A stretch of 64,000 nucleotides of DNA from Lama glama (taxonomy: Eukaryota), in contig CM052816.1 in assembly GCA_028534125.1 (NCBI GenBank), positions 70,496,001 to 70,560,000 on the forward strand. The letters run 5' to 3'. The notes below the pieces were generated by a model. That model did no database searches. It had not been told where the DNA came from and saw only the letters and a list, made by a program, of their open reading frames with translations. The position numbers and the translations under genes were made by a program. Of the stretch, positions 25,791 through 40,489 are shown in pieces; within the stretch, counting starts at the first letter, position 1, and every line of letters begins with the position of its first letter.

Positions 25791-28700
25791 CACCTTCACA
25801 TATCCCAAATGTACACCTCTAGCAGAACTTAAATGATTCCATTTAAACATACATTTTTTTCATTCATGATGATGTGGCCCATCTTAGACGCTGAAAAACT
25901 AATGTGCTGTCAAGCAACACACTAATTGGGATCTTTGCAGAATTACCCTTCTTATAATGATGAAGTATGCAGAGTGGGCAGGAGTGAAAGAAAGGTTTGA
26001 AAGTGTGTGAAAGGGAATAACGCTACTTGGGTGAAAATAGAATAGAAAAGTCTGAGAGTAAAGGAAGGGAATAGAAAATAGAAAATGAGAGACTCGGCAT
26101 GTGAAACTAAAGGGCATTTCATCAAGGACAGTTAATAGAGTCCCTGGCATGGCTAACTTCCAGCTCCGCTAATTACGGTGTGATGGAAAATTCTGGATGT
26201 GATTCTTTATTTACCAGGTTGAGGCATTTCCACTTTTGCCTTTGGAATGCCATTCGGGATTGTGGTATCTAAATGAATTCATGCCACACACTCCGTTGAA
26301 AGATACTACAAAAACAAACAAAAAATAGCTGAGTGAAATTGCAGCTAAAGACCAAACCTGTAGATGTTTCAGTGCTTCTTTTATTAATTCAAGCCAGTAC
26401 TTGCCAATCAAGTCCTAAGTAGACCCTGGCACATAACCAAACTGCATTCGTCTGTGAAGTGGCTGGCAGCCGGGGTGCCTATGGACAGTGCTTGTCCTAT
26501 TATTCCTGTGATCAAGGAGGAATTGGACCTCTGTAACTAAACTCTGTGCAGGTCAGGGACTCTACACATTGATTTAAGACTCAAGTCTCAGAGTGGGATG
26601 ACTCCGTGATTCTGCTCTAATCCACACAGAAGTTTAATTTCAGGCACCAATGAATCCTTGAAAGTCTGCAAGACATCAAAGTCAACTCAAGTATAAATCT
26701 AGGATTTCTATATACGTAGAGGAATTCCAGGGGCCTCCTTCACAAGATTAGAATCTTCCCAAGTCTGGAATTGTACTCATCTTACGGTTCATTTTGTTTG
26801 ATAGTAATCCAGCCATTCCAGCTCTTTTATGGTTATTGTTTGTGTGGTGTATCTTTCCCCCATCATTTTCCTTTCTGTTTATTTGTGCCTTTGACTCTGT
26901 CTCTCTTAAAGGTCATACGGATGGACCTTATTCTTTAATCAGTCGGACAGTCTCTGACTTCTGATTTGAGGTCTTAGACCATCCACCTTTAATGTAATTA
27001 TTGATACGGTCAGAGATGCATTTGCTATATTTGTATTCTGTCTCCTGTCTCATTTGTTCCTCTGTTTCCCCTTCATTGACTTCTCTCTGTTAATGCTTAT
27101 AATATATTGGGGCCAGGCCTTGTTTTTGGCAAAAAATATTTCTTTTTCTAGGATTATTTAAAAAATAACTCGGTTGTGCAGGATAAATGGGGCCACATTT
27201 GCTGTTATTCTTAGCAAGATTATCTTTCCCATCTTTTCCTATCCACTCATTTCTCTCTGCCCTACTTTACTCCTGCTTGAAGAAGCAGGTAAACAGTCAT
27301 TATTTGCTACTTGGACTATGGCGAATTCTAGTATGACATGCGTCTATGTGTATAATGGTTATTAACTTGAGAGAATGTGGGAGGGAAATAATTTTCCTCC
27401 CTCTTGTCAACTCTAGAATAAGGGAAAGAATTTGATAGCTGTCACCCTTTTAATATGAAAGAAATTTAAGATATACTATGTTACATTTTAAGAAGTACAA
27501 GGTACCATATTCTTTGTGATTTCAAGCATGTCAAATTAGAAATGTGGAAAAAATAAACATATATGCTTAGAAACAAGACAATTTAATGTTAGAAATTTCT
27601 CATGTTGGTATAATAACTGTTTAAAATTTTTTTCTGTTTTCCATATTTTCTACAACGTGAATACATTCCCTTTTGCCCACAAGGATTTTTTTCCCTGATT
27701 TAAAAATTGACACTCCTTTGTTTAAAAACAATTCAAATAACATTCCTATTCTAAAGAAAACAGAAATCATCTCAAGTCCTTTTAATGATCACCTCTATTT
27801 GGTAAACATTGTTTCTGACATCTGCTTTTGATTGCCACATTAATTTTACAAATGAACACCACAAAAGATTTTATTATTTTATTTATTGTTTATAAACCTA
27901 GAGTCAGCCTATGCTCTAGACTTATGAATAATAAATTCCTGTGTATGCCATTTATTTTACAGAGACTATATCCAGATTCTTTCTAGTACCTCCACTGCAT
28001 TCTCATCCTGGGTGAGGGATGAAGTGGGAGAAATACTCACCTCACAGCAAGACAGAAAAGAGCGTGCACTGGGGCACATACTGACACAGATTAGGTAAGG
28101 ACCTTACAAATCACCCCTTCATAACTCAGCCTGTTTCTTCTGTAAAAACACCCTCCTCACTCACTCTCAGCATAGTTTGAGGATAAAATCACTTACAAGA
28201 TGTACATAATGTTATTACTTCCAAAACCTCTTCCTGCATTTTCTTCTAGCCCTTATGTATGAAATAATTTTATTTCTTTAAATTATAGGTTGAATAGAGA
28301 AAATAACTGTTTTTTACTTCTTAGTACTTTTCTTTTTGTTTTACACTATGTGGTCCAATCTATTATTATACAGCAGATAATTTATTATTAAAACATCTCA
28401 TTAGGAGAATCTATGTAGTGATATGGATTCTGTGGTTTTTGTCTCAAGTTTGTAAAAGACTAATTGCATTGCTATATTGTGCACAGGAAACACCACAGAC
28501 AGACAATTTGCTTTTTGTTTTTTCCTTTTAGAGCATCAAAGTGAAAACCTACCAAGGAGCTAAAAAAAAAAGTTGGTGCTTTGGAAGATATATTAATCCT
28601 GGATAAAATTCATGTACTTAAATCATAGCAGTCACATTCTTCTTTGAGTCATTTTTTTATTTAACATATAAGACAGGATGCTCATTTACCTTGACGTAAA

Positions 28701-29083
28701 ATACACAGCTGAGGCACAAGATAAGATACAGTTATACAAAAATATCAGACCTCTGACCCCAAGTCAGTGTACAGGATGCACCGTACATAGGACATTCAAA
28801 ACACTCTTTACTTTCTCAGCTACTTCTAATTATATCAGCTTAAATCATTGCTACCTGATAACTGATTTCTTTTTAAAAAATGGGGTGATATTAGGCACTT
28901 AATAAATTCTTAGAGTCAACAAAGTTTGTGCTTCTTTGTTCTTGAATGCAATCAAAACGTTTTCTTCCAATGAGTTTGTCCAATTAAAGTCTTGCAGAAA
29001 CGCACACGCTCTTAATGAGTTTATCCCGAGGTAAATACAAAAATAAGCAATGAATGTACTTTACGTTAGATTCTGCAGAAAAG

Positions 29084-29089
29084 TTTATT
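29084..29089 (-). terminator. Candidate distal polyadenylation signal of ITGA1
   Basis: AATAAA with three upstream UGUA motifs within ~80 nt and a U-rich downstream tract (ttatttttgtattt). Confidence 0.45.
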
Positions 29090-32000
29090 GGAGCGAGGAG
29101 TATGATACATGTTTTGGGGCAGTAGTTATTATATACAATATTTTTCTTTCTAATAAAATGGATACAATGCTTTACACTGTCCATTAACAGTTTTACAACT
29201 CCACAGTAGTAATATGCAGTCCGCCAGTCTCCTTACAGGCCACTGTTCCCTTAAAAGGAAAGCAGAGGGTGGCTGCTGCAACCTGGATAAGGGCAGGAGT
29301 GTCTCTCAATTAAACACCAAGTATCCGGATGTACTGTGTGAAATGATTCTAGCATGAAGAAGATCTGAGCTGTTGTTGCTTCAAATGATTGTTTTTACTT
29401 GAGCCAAAGTATGTTAAACTCCAGGAAATTAGTTCTAGTTAGTAGACAGATAAGAATGTGCTTTTACTCTTATTTAATCAACAATTTACTTGTGTGAAGT
29501 ATGTGTGTTAGTATTGCGGCTGGGTATGATGCGGTCTAAGGGAGCTTACAGTATTTTGAAGAGTAAGGGTATATACATAAAAGACAGACAGATTCATCTT
29601 CCCTCCACCCCCCCGTCCGCCTCCTCCAATTTTCTTCTGTCTCCCAAGATGCAGGATGTCTTGGGGGCATGACAGGAAGACTGTCACCTGTCACTGGACC
29701 TATGATGCGAAGATCTCTCAGAAAGCCGTAGTGTGTTGTGTGGTGACCCCTTCTGCTTGGCTACTCTATATAAGAAAAATGCAATTGTGCCACTCACTTT
29801 TCCAATCCAATCCTCTTTCTACCTCTTAAAAATGAGGGTGGGAGAGGGACTGTCAGTAGGGGGCGGTTCAAGAGGAGACCTGCCTTTCATTCTGTCATTT
29901 GGAAGATTTCTTTTAAAAATTTTGTTCCCAATCTCTATGCATAGATCAAACTGAAAGAAAAGATTAAACATTGAGTCTCAGTCTATTGCAGACAAGCTCC
30001 TGAAATTCCAGACAGTCTGTTTTCAACAAGATGTGACTTGAAATATGGTAAGATCAAACATAATCAGTTACGAGTGTCTCTGGTATCTGCCTAGTATATT
30101 GCCATGATTTCCATGGTGTTTCTTATAATTAAAGGATTTCCAAGCCTCAACTCACCAACAAGGAACATCCAGCCCTCAAGGTCCTGCAGGATGGCACCAG
30201 GCTTAGAATGGCCTTGCCAAGGAAGCCTCAAGTCAGAGTCAAACATTCCCACTGTACAGTTGAGAAGAAAGCAACTGGAAGACAGAAAGCAGAGAGATCC
30301 TGCAAATAGGCCCTGGGTCCTACTGCTTGGTCCTCATGGCATTGAAATTCTCCAGGCTCTGACAGGAGGAAAATCCAAGGAGCTCTTGTGTAGAGTTCTG
30401 AACTCATTAGCTATGGGAGAAAGGCTTTGATATATTTAAAAAGGAAAATAAAGGCTGATCTCAAAGCAAGGAGTCCAACATTAGAAGTGATAAGTGATAA
30501 CTCATCTTTAAATATTTTGGGGGGATGGTAAAATTTCAGCAAGAAATGTTTATATGTGTGCCTGATTGGGGATGGAGGGAGCTGATTCTGGGATGTAGTG
30601 GATTCGGGAGCTCAGGGCATTTATATGGGGTAGAGGAGCCATTCTCATTAGTTCAAAACTGGACCTCCTGGGCACCAGATGTAGCAACTGGGCTGGGGCT
30701 AAAGAGACTACACTTGCTCCCTTACTTTTCCTCAAGGTTGATGGTTAAAGACTGTTACTTAGAATTTCTAAATTCCAGGTTAAATTTTAATATGAGGATC
30801 AAAAATACTGACTTGTTCACCAGATTACAATGTTAGATTTTAACTCTCTTTTTATTGTTCTACATAAGATGTTGCCAAACAGTGCTCACATTCAGGAAAC
30901 GGTTGCACTTAGCTTTTGGTCATGCACTGCAGAGTCCACCCCCAGGGGTGGTGTCAGAGTTTCTGGGAAGGAGGGATTTAGGATGCCAGTCTGATTGGAA
31001 GGGTTGCCCAGCGGATTCACCTTCAAGTTGTGTCTGCATTAAAATTCTGCTGTTTACAGTTAACCTGTATATTTTAATTAAAAAGTAGCATCATTTTGAG
31101 GATGTTAATGCTCTTCTTTTCATTTTTTAGATTATTAGTTCCATGGGTGAGAATGGGGATTATGGGGTGCTGATGGAGACCCACTGAAGGGCTAAATCTT
31201 GCCGGCTTCCCCGCATTGGCGTAGCTGCTGACAGTGTCCCACCATGGTCTGTAAATTTCTTAAAGATGTTCCATCTCTGAAGCACCTTTCATGCTGTCCC
31301 TACTACATTATTCCATACCAACCCTTCAGAGGGCCACAGAAGGACCAAGGACTGAAGTCCTGTATAAACGATCAAATCACAGAAGCTGGTGTTGACAGCA
31401 CAGCACACGTTTTAAACAAGTTTTTCCCTGGTAGGCTTCTCGAAAACCTCCCCTGGGGAAGAAGACTAACGGAGAGGGACTGAGAAGGGTTGCAGAACAG
31501 CGAAGGTAGTAGGAGACTCTTTTTTAAAGGCTGATTTGCTGGAAGCCTCTTTTCTGAGCAATGATGTGAGGGCACCAGCACACCCACCACGCCCTGAGCA
31601 AGGGTCGGCCCTGGTTTTCTCACCATCGGGCAGAGCAAGACAGTTAATTTGTGCAGAGCGGATTAGGACACGCTTGTCGGAGACATGATCCTGTAAGAAA
31701 GCGCACTGCGTGGAAGCTGGCCGGCAGCCTCCCACGCAGCGCCACCGCGGCCCTCGGGCTGCCTGGAGAGACGTGGCTGGGGCTCCTCTTAGCCTCTCCT
31801 CCCAAATAGCTTTCCTCAAGCACTACGCAACCATCTTTTGCTTTTGCGCGAATATTTGTTTTCCAAATGAGCCTAGATATTGGTTTTGTAAAAAGTACAA
31901 ATTATTATGGTTGAGTCAACATCACATTTGGTAAAAACACCTCCTCCCACAAGCTTCATTTCCAGCCCACTAATGACACAGATAATATTTAGAGATTAAA

Positions 32001-32319
32001 CTGCCCATGAATCTAGTGCTCGGAGAAAATAAACAAATTGGATCACTGAAGTTCAAACTGGATCATAGAAATTACAAATATTTACAAAGGATGACCTTTC
32101 ACAGAGTGGCTCCATCTCCTAGAGAAAGTGGAACAGTGTTTTGGTGGCTGTGTAGGTCTGATTTTCACTGTGTGTCGCCCTTTACGTTTCTTTTCTTTTT
32201 TTTTTTTTGCTTTTAACTCCTTCCTTTTCCCACAAGTTCATATCAGTTTTTATTAATATTAAAGGAAGGCTATAATTTTAGAAATTGAAATTGAAAACTG
32301 GGGACCTATGTAGCACGAT

Positions 32320-32763
32320 TGTAACCCAGCAGGACCCTGCTGGGCCTTCCTGGGACAGACTCCTCCCCCATGCCCTCTGCTGTAGTTCTTCTCTGAAGTA
32401 CCCAGATAATAGGATCTCATGCATATTTCCTGAGCTTTTCAGATGCTAAAAACCACCACCAAAGGGAAGGAATGAACTACCTGATGACAGTGAGCACGTG
32501 GCCTCCAGACATTCTGGTGCCCAGGGGCTGATAGTGTTGATGGCCCTGTTACCTCCACATCAACCCATCAGGGAATTTGCATGAGCTGAGCAAGTACCCT
32601 GCGATGACCGCCCCCACCACCCCACCTTGCCTTTACGTAGGCTTTGCTCAAACCCTTCTGGGAGTTTGGGATTTTCCTGGGCATTGGCCCTGCCATAAAC
32701 CTTTATCTGCAAATTCTGATGTTTTGGTTTGTTTGGCCTCACGCTGTGTCGGGCACATGAACA
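32320..32763 (+). mobile_element. ERV solo LTR (3' end approximate)
   Basis: Starts tgtaacccagcaggacc; LTR-like U3/R composition, ccataaacctt, ends near gggcacatgaaca. Confidence 0.7.
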
Positions 32764-32896
32764 TTATGTCTGCTGGGCTTGAGATCAGCATTTTAAGAAT
32801 AATTCGAAATATGACTGTATTGTGCATGTTTGTGTGTGTGTGTGTGTGTATATTATGTTTATATCTATCTGCCTATCTTTGTCTTCTAATCTATCT

Positions 32897-33092
32897 CAAT
32901 GGTGTGCTGAAGCCAGCTCATACTGGATCATAAGGGCTGACAGATACATTTTCAGGAATTTTGCAAGCTGGTTAGGGTTAAGTTGATAGCTTGAAAATGA
33001 CCATAGCAAAACTACTTAGAACGTGGAAATTGGCAAATGATTTTTTTCCTCCTGGAGAGCCAGTTGTTAAATAATTTACCAATATAACATTG
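32897..33092 (+). mobile_element. MER63-like hAT MITE
   Basis: caatggtgtgctgaagccagctcatac...ttaccaatataacattg inverted termini. Confidence 0.7.
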
Positions 33093-35754
33093 TGAGCTTG
33101 GTCTGGAAAGAGACTTCATAGATATTCAGTTCACAGTGGAAGCAATAATTAATTTTAAAAAACATCAAAGTTAAAAAAAAGAAATTTTGTGTGCAATTTA
33201 ACTTAGCCAGTAAACTCATAAAGTCTTAAATATTGCTTTTCTTATTCAATTTTTAAAAAATAAAATGATTTAGTATATTTCTTAATCGCTGACTATGTTT
33301 TAGAACATTTGTACAAAGCTAATTTGGGATGTCTATTGACTTACTATTTTACTCAAAGCCTCTACATTTGTGATATTTAGATAGCTGTATCAATGTACAC
33401 TAAAGTTAAAGTGAAAACTATATGCAAAGTGGATGAATCAAACTTTTCTTGTGGTGTATCTTTTATGTGTTTATTTTTTGTAAACTCTGTCATTTGGTGT
33501 TGAGGTATTTTTTGTTCAATTTGTGTCCACGCACGTGTGCGTGCATGTGTGTTTCTACACACACGGGCACAGAAGCACAGACACGTATGCACATAAACCT
33601 CAACCAATGACAAATATAAGGGAAGTAGGATATCTGGCTCGTTAAATACTTAAACACCAGGAATGACTTCTGTTAAAAACTATGCCAGGTTTATTAGTAG
33701 CCATTTGATCTGGCCAAACAGCTCTTCCTCTGTTTTCTGGCAAGTTCAAAACGCCATCTTTCCTGTTTTCCCCTTTGGGTTAACAACATACTTAGTTTAA
33801 ATGTGCACACTCCTGGTTCAGTGAACGTTTGCCTCGCAGTCGCAGAGAACATGTGTGCGTTTTTAAACATTTTATCTGGTAGAGTTATTTCTGCGCATGT
33901 GCTGAGATTGGAGCAGAGCTGCCGAGCAGACCGTGCACAGAGCAGGGCAACATGGTGACTCCAAATAAGAGAGACATGAGTTTTGTTGGGCAAAAAAAAA
34001 ACAGGTGGAAACAATGATTGGTGAACCTGGAGATGAGGGTGGGAATGAAGAAGATTATGAAACTGGACGTTTCTGAACAATGACAGGCCAGCAAGAGGGT
34101 ATCAAATCTCTGGAAAGATTTAGCCTTTCTTCCAGATACCCATGACCTCAGCACTCCCCAGGTGCCCATCTTTGACATCAGGATCTTAGATGTAGGTGTG
34201 GAGAGCCATGAGGTAGGCTGCCTCTGAGTCCACAGATAATTCCTTGGAAGTTAGTTTTTAAAAATTAAATCCATGGCATTTAATTTCTTCATTGACTTGA
34301 TGCTTTTTGAGAAAAGCAGAGCCCAGGACTTTCTGGATACCTGTGGGTTCCGATCTTGCGGTCAGTTGGGTGGAGAGATGGCGTTGCTGCTGCAGTATCA
34401 GCACCTTTTACAGCAGTAGTTCACGTACACATTCATTCATTCATTGTTTTCTTCCTAAGAAATGGAGCAACCTAGGAGCTTATGCTACAGCAGAGTCCAA
34501 TGCACCATAATGATTACTTCAAGAACAAAGAAGCTCATACAAAGCTGTGATGTCTTTCTATTGGTGCGAGTTTTCAAACCTGAAATCCTTCAAAAGACAC
34601 TTCTGGAGATCTCCTTAAATACTGATAAGCCACACTCCAAAAGCATTGGCTTTGTGGTGAAATGCAATACTGTAATGGAATACTGCCTTTTCATAAAAAT
34701 AAGAAATGTGGTTGGAAAATTAAATACCTTTAAAAAGATGAAAAATAAACATACTCTCACAGCTTGAGGGTTTGAATGAACCATGTACCAAGGAGTTGAG
34801 AAAACTCCTACATTCGGTTACATCCTGGGACTTCTAATGCTCAAAAGCTGCCCGGCAAAGATGACCAGCATTTCAGTGGCATTCCATGTATGTTGCCATG
34901 TTTCATTCAGAAACCACTTTAGCACATCCCACACACAATATGACTTTTCATGACAAGTCAGTTATACCACACAAAACTGCTGTGCTTTCTCAGTACAAAA
35001 GAGTTCTGAGTTTCAGAGTTCAATATCAAAATTAAGTGTGTTCTGTAAAAGCTTAAATTAACCCATTCAGTGCACTGGCTTTTAAACAAGTCGATTTTGA
35101 TTTTCCATCCTAGACAGAATTTCAGCTCAATTGTACTAAACACTTTGGAAAGAAAACTTTCCAAGTACAGAACCCAACAAAAAGACGCTGAAGGTATTCT
35201 CTGGGATTTACTTCCAATTTTGGTCCATGTTGTATATAGACTCTACCTGGGAAATTTTTCTCATTTAAACAGGGGAAAGTGACCTTTTTCAGGTAATTCC
35301 TTTCTTGGCACGTAAAATGTTGACTATCATGCTGAATGTGGATATCCATCAGGAATCAATGGAAAAAGCTTAATTTACATAGTTTGGAAAGTAAATGTTT
35401 CAGTGATAATCATAAAAACCTTTTTATGACTCCCTTAAATACTTTGAATGGTGATTTAATATATAAGCATATTTTTACAGGTTATTTTTCATCTTCAAAA
35501 CATTGAAATTTTGCTTAAATACTCAACAAAAATGAGTAATTATCTAAAAATATTTTTCAACATCTTATAAAATATATCACTAAGGTATTATTTCTGGATC
35601 ATGCTTGATCTGTAATTTTCCAAGTGCTTAATCCCTGATGGATTACATAAGTTATGTGACTACGACTTTAACTGAATTGATAAATTTCTTGTCACATATT
35701 TGAGGCAAACCTGAGGACAGATCATTGAATAATTTTTTTCTTTTCAAAAATGTA

Positions 35755-35799
35755 TCATTTCTCCATTTTCTTCTTTAGTGGTCTTTTGAAGAATCCAAT
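35755..35799 (-). CDS. ITGA1: ITGA1 last coding exon (~29): IGFFKRPLKKKMEK*
   Basis: caacAG acceptor, GFFKR motif, alpha-1-type tail, TGA at 35757-35755. Confidence 0.98.
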   Translation of the reverse strand: MGFFKRPLKKKMEK

Positions 35800-38700
35800 C
35801 TGTTGAGAAAATACCAGACAAAATACAATTAATTATTTGAATTTAGGTAATACTAATCTTCTCGGATAAAATTTAGTTTAGTAATATGTTAGCAATTGTG
35901 GACATAAAAATCATATAATCGAGGGGTATTTTTTCATTGACCTAGTAAGTAATATTGAATATCAAGAAATGACATTTATTAAATTGCTATTTCATTTTCA
36001 AATTTTTTGTTCATTAAACATATTATGTCTCCTAGTAAAAACTAGTACATGTAGCAAACTAAAAGGCTTCTGGGAAAATATTCTGGGAGACATACAAACT
36101 GCAGTTACCTAGCACTATCTCTGCCATCATCTTTCTTTTTCAGGGATGTTTTAGAGAAATTTCCATCAAATAACCAATGGTCATAAATTGAGGTCATTAG
36201 AGCTGGTGGTGAATCTGGTAGGTACACTATGGCTAAGGAGTTGGGGAGATTTCTGAATTGTCTGGATTAACTTTAAATGTGTTAGAACATCTGTCTACAT
36301 AGGCCTGACACAAAGAGCCTCCTGAAATCACCCTGTGTCATTTGAATATGAAAACGAAGTCCCTGAATATACAAAAAATTTCACATGGTGGTGAATGTGG
36401 GTCATTTTTCATTATGCTTTGTGATATCAGGCATCATAAAAATTACAAGTGCTTTATTTCTGATTATACAGAATAATAAGTATGGGAGCTGAAAGGGATT
36501 TTTACAACATTCTAATCTAAAATGGATATTTAAAAAAAAGATATTTTAAAAAAGGTCCTAGAGAAGTGTTTTTTAAAAAAAGTCTATGTATATATATATA
36601 TTTTAATTTGAGAGTGGATTATAATAGTTAAAGCAAAGATAGTGAGTTAAGTCTATGAAAGTGTGGTACCTTCACATCATTTTAATCATGAAGTCATGGT
36701 AAATTATGCAAGGGAATTATATATATAATATATAAATATTATATATATATTTAAATAATTATTGAATAGGTGAAGGTTTCAAGGGCACAAATGGTCAAAA
36801 ACATGCAGTTTTAAATTAGAGCAGTTTTTCTCAGGACTTCATGTCATCCTCCATGCCAGAATCTAGTTGGTGGGAGATGTCACATAAAAGGTGGCAACAG
36901 AACAAATGAACATGAAAAAACAGTACATTTGTCTTCCTTAGAGAATTCCAGTTCTCCTACATGTATCAGGTCTTTTCCTTTGAGCCAAATATAAAAGTTC
37001 TGAATTCACAAACCATTAGGCCTCTTAACTTGTCCCTGCACGTCCTGCATCGATGATAAATCTGACAAGGTTGTCACAAAAGCAGATGGTGAATTACAAC
37101 TTCTTTTTCCGCCCCGCCTGGCTTCTGACGTCTATCCTTTTCAAGTCCTTTTGCTTCTTTTCAACCTTTCTCTGCTTTCACACATTCCATGCTTTATTTT
37201 AAAACTTAACTTCAGTTATCTAAACTTTCCCACCCAACAGGTTCTATTAACATTGGATTTTTAGTGGAAGTTGGGTGATTAGAGTGAAGACTAAGAAAAC
37301 ATAGTTTATAGCTTCAAACTGAATGAGGTCAATACAAGCCAACATTTGCAGCAAGGTAAGTTTGTTTTCCGCACCCAGACTTTCTTTGTAGCATTTGCTT
37401 TCCTTCTTCTTCTTTTTGTATTTACTTAATGATCTGACTTGTGATTCCCTAGTTCAAAACCCTATGGCAAAGGTCTTATAAAACTGTCCCTGGCAGAAAT
37501 ACCTGCTCAATGACTATCATATAGTCATATACATTTATATTAACATATAAAAGACTAAAAGATGGCAGTGCTATTCCCCTGTCCACATTACCCAAGGATA
37601 TGCATATTAAGTGAGGAACAAGCTTTAGGATTCGTAAATAAATCAATGGTGGAACTTCAGACATCGGAATGAGATTAAGTCAAGAGAGAGGAACCATCTG
37701 CTTTCTCGGGTTCCTCTGTGGACTGAGTTTCATTCTATTCTATTGGTTATATTTGTCTGACTGGGCTTCTCTCTGAGGGTGTGGTACCATATTTCAGGAC
37801 ATGTTTTTCTATATTTAAACCTGTGTCCCCTACAAGCCTTCTCCCCTCACCATTAAGTACATTAAACACCTACTAAGATTCTGTTAAGCTTTAATCCCTG
37901 CTATGTGAGCTACAAAGATAAAGATATAAAGACTGTCTTTTGAAATGTAATCCCAGCTCCGGGGGGAACGTTTGGCCTGTTTCCTGCACGAAGTCTCAGA
38001 CTGAGAGTTTCGGTGAACTTCCAGAGTGGTGGGATTTGGAGGAAGGAGGAAGAAAGAATAGTCCTGAGGTTTCTGGTCCAGGTCTAATGAGTCTAAAAAG
38101 ATGCCTGGGGATGAGAGTTGCTCTTCTGAGCCTCCTGCAGACCGAATGCTTCAGGGAGGTGCAAGCAGGAGGAGGGCCAATTAAGATTTTCAGTGTAATC
38201 GAGCTGCTGCGAGTCTGAGCCCAGTCTCTGCTGAGGGACTCTCTCTCTAATACCAATCGTGTTTATGTGTTTTGGAGAGTTCATGACCCTCTTGAACAAA
38301 ACCCAATTCCTGGAGCTCCAGAGTGAAGAGCCCTGCCCCATAGCCTGCAGGGGTGGGATATCTTGGATGAGGGGTTGGCTTTGCAGAGAGAGCAATAATT
38401 GAACCTTGAACCGTCCCCTGATTTTAGCTGGTAACTCTTGCAAGAGTTAACTGTTTGCTTCAGGGTCCTCAGGGGTAAAATGTAGTTAGAACACTTAGTT
38501 GAGAAGGTTGTAAGGATCACAGAGTGAATAAGCAAGAGAGTACGCAGATTGAGGAGCTGATGGTGTTGGCACAGAAGTGAAATGGCCCAGATTCAGATCT
38601 TTACTCTGAACCTGACAAACCCTGTGGCCTTGGGAAACATATTTAACTTGCCTATAACTCAGCTCCTGTGCTTACAAAATGAGGTCCATAATAGTGTTTT

Positions 38701-40489
38701 CCTTCTAGAACTGATGTTAGTATGAAAGCAGAAAAGCTTACAACAGTTCCTGGAATGTAGTAAACTTATTCAATAATTAAGTGCTGGTTCCCTTCCGTCC
38801 TACTGTGGAATCACCGTTCTGATTGCCGAGTCTGCCACCAATGTGGCTGATCAAACTGGACCTACTGGGCAGGACAGTCCACAGGTGGTTAAATGATCTT
38901 GCTTTGGGCTTAAAAAGAAGATCTATGAAGCCATCAGAACGTATCATCAAAACATTTACTGGATGGAAGAATGTGTTTGATTTTACGTTTATGCTTTTCC
39001 AGACTGATGACCAAAAAAAACAGCTGGCTGAAACTTATTTGTTAGTTTTAAACAGAGGTATGCAGCCAGAAAGACTATCCAAATATCAGCGCTGGCTTTC
39101 CTCTTCTCATGGCAGCAGTGTCCTAAAACTACACGGAGCAAGTGCTGTGCTTAGAAAAGGAGACCACACTGAAAGAAATTAACAGTAAAACGTTCTCCTA
39201 GAGGTGGCTATGAGCGAAGAAACCACATCCTACATTTCAAGCAACTTGACATCACTAAGCCGGCCCTTGGGTACCACAGTGTGGCAAAGCCAGGTATTAC
39301 AGACAGAGCACGGATACCCTGCAATGTAGGAGGAAGAGCTGGAGGTTTGAGATGGTGGAGATTTCTGTCTTGAAGACTGCTAGAGAAGAGCTATGGATTC
39401 TATTTACTGAGCTAAATGCTCTTGACCTACATCTTTAACATGGCTTTGTTCATCTTCTGTGAGAGTAACCCTCCAAAAGAGGAAGTTAGTCATTATAAGG
39501 GGCAGAAAGGAAAGGAACAGTTGATCATGTGGTGGGAGAGAAATTTGTTATTTAAATTATTTGATTAAAGGTAATTCTGCTGCTCAGGAATTAGAAAAAT
39601 GAACATGCAGCCACAATCTGTATTTTTAGCATAGTTTAGCTATTCAACAAAATAATAGGTAAACTATAGGGTGATATGCTAGAATAAATGCCAATTTGAT
39701 GCTTAATTAGAAAACATTAAATTCAACTTTTCTATGAGATTTTATCCTCTATTAAATTTATCCTAAAAGATACCATCTTAGTTCTGCTTAATTTGAAAAT
39801 GATAACAGCTAAGTGTTTGAAAAATCTTGCATATCTCAATTTAAGCAAAACATATATGTAAATATGTGGATTTACTCTACAGAAAATAGATGGTTACTCG
39901 GTTTTATAGGAGGATTTGAAACAGAAGTCTATGAAACTGTAAGATTTCTGTTTCATCAACTAATTAATAAATCTCATTTCTTATTCAGGTACACAATGTT
40001 TGCAAAAATGTGGTATTTTTATAGGTTAAAGGAACATTTAATTTTTAAGATACATAGAGATGTGTGATTAGGATAAGGCGTATCTTAACCATAATTACGT
40101 GGTTTATATATTCTTAAATTGACATAGGAATTCGTACTTTTCTCTTTCTGTAAGAGAGAGTTTTCATTCTTCTCTGCTTATAAAAGTAACGTATACTTAA
40201 TTTAAAATTTCGTGTTAGAGGCAAGTGAGTCTCCTTTAATCCCAACCTTTAGAGAGATGTTCCATGATTTTTGGCTGTGATTTTTTTTTTTACTGGTACA
40301 AAAATGGGGTCAAGTTGTACACCATGTCTGAGACGTCCATTTTTCTTTTTAATTTTGTCTTGGTCATCATTTCAATGTTTTTCATTGCTGTATGATACTG
40401 TATTCCACAGGATGGATAAATTATAATTTGTTTCACCAATATGCTGTTGATAATTGAAATAGAAAAGTCAAAGGAACTTTGATTCTTAC

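Larger units (their letters stand above)
28640..35754 (-). other. ITGA1: Probable long ITGA1 3' UTR (distal end uncertain)
   Basis: Follows the stop codon; minus-strand AATAAA at 33690-33695, 33470-33475, 29084-29089 and 28656-28661; human ITGA1 is recalled to have a ~7 kb UTR isoform. Confidence 0.5.

Noticed and set aside
31730..31755. CTCF site at gcagcgccaccgcggcc
   Set aside because: Only the GGTGGCGC half matches the consensus
38432..38449. Perfect 18-bp palindrome taactcttgcaagagtta
   Set aside because: About 64000/4^9, or ~0.25, expected by chance in this window; no supporting context
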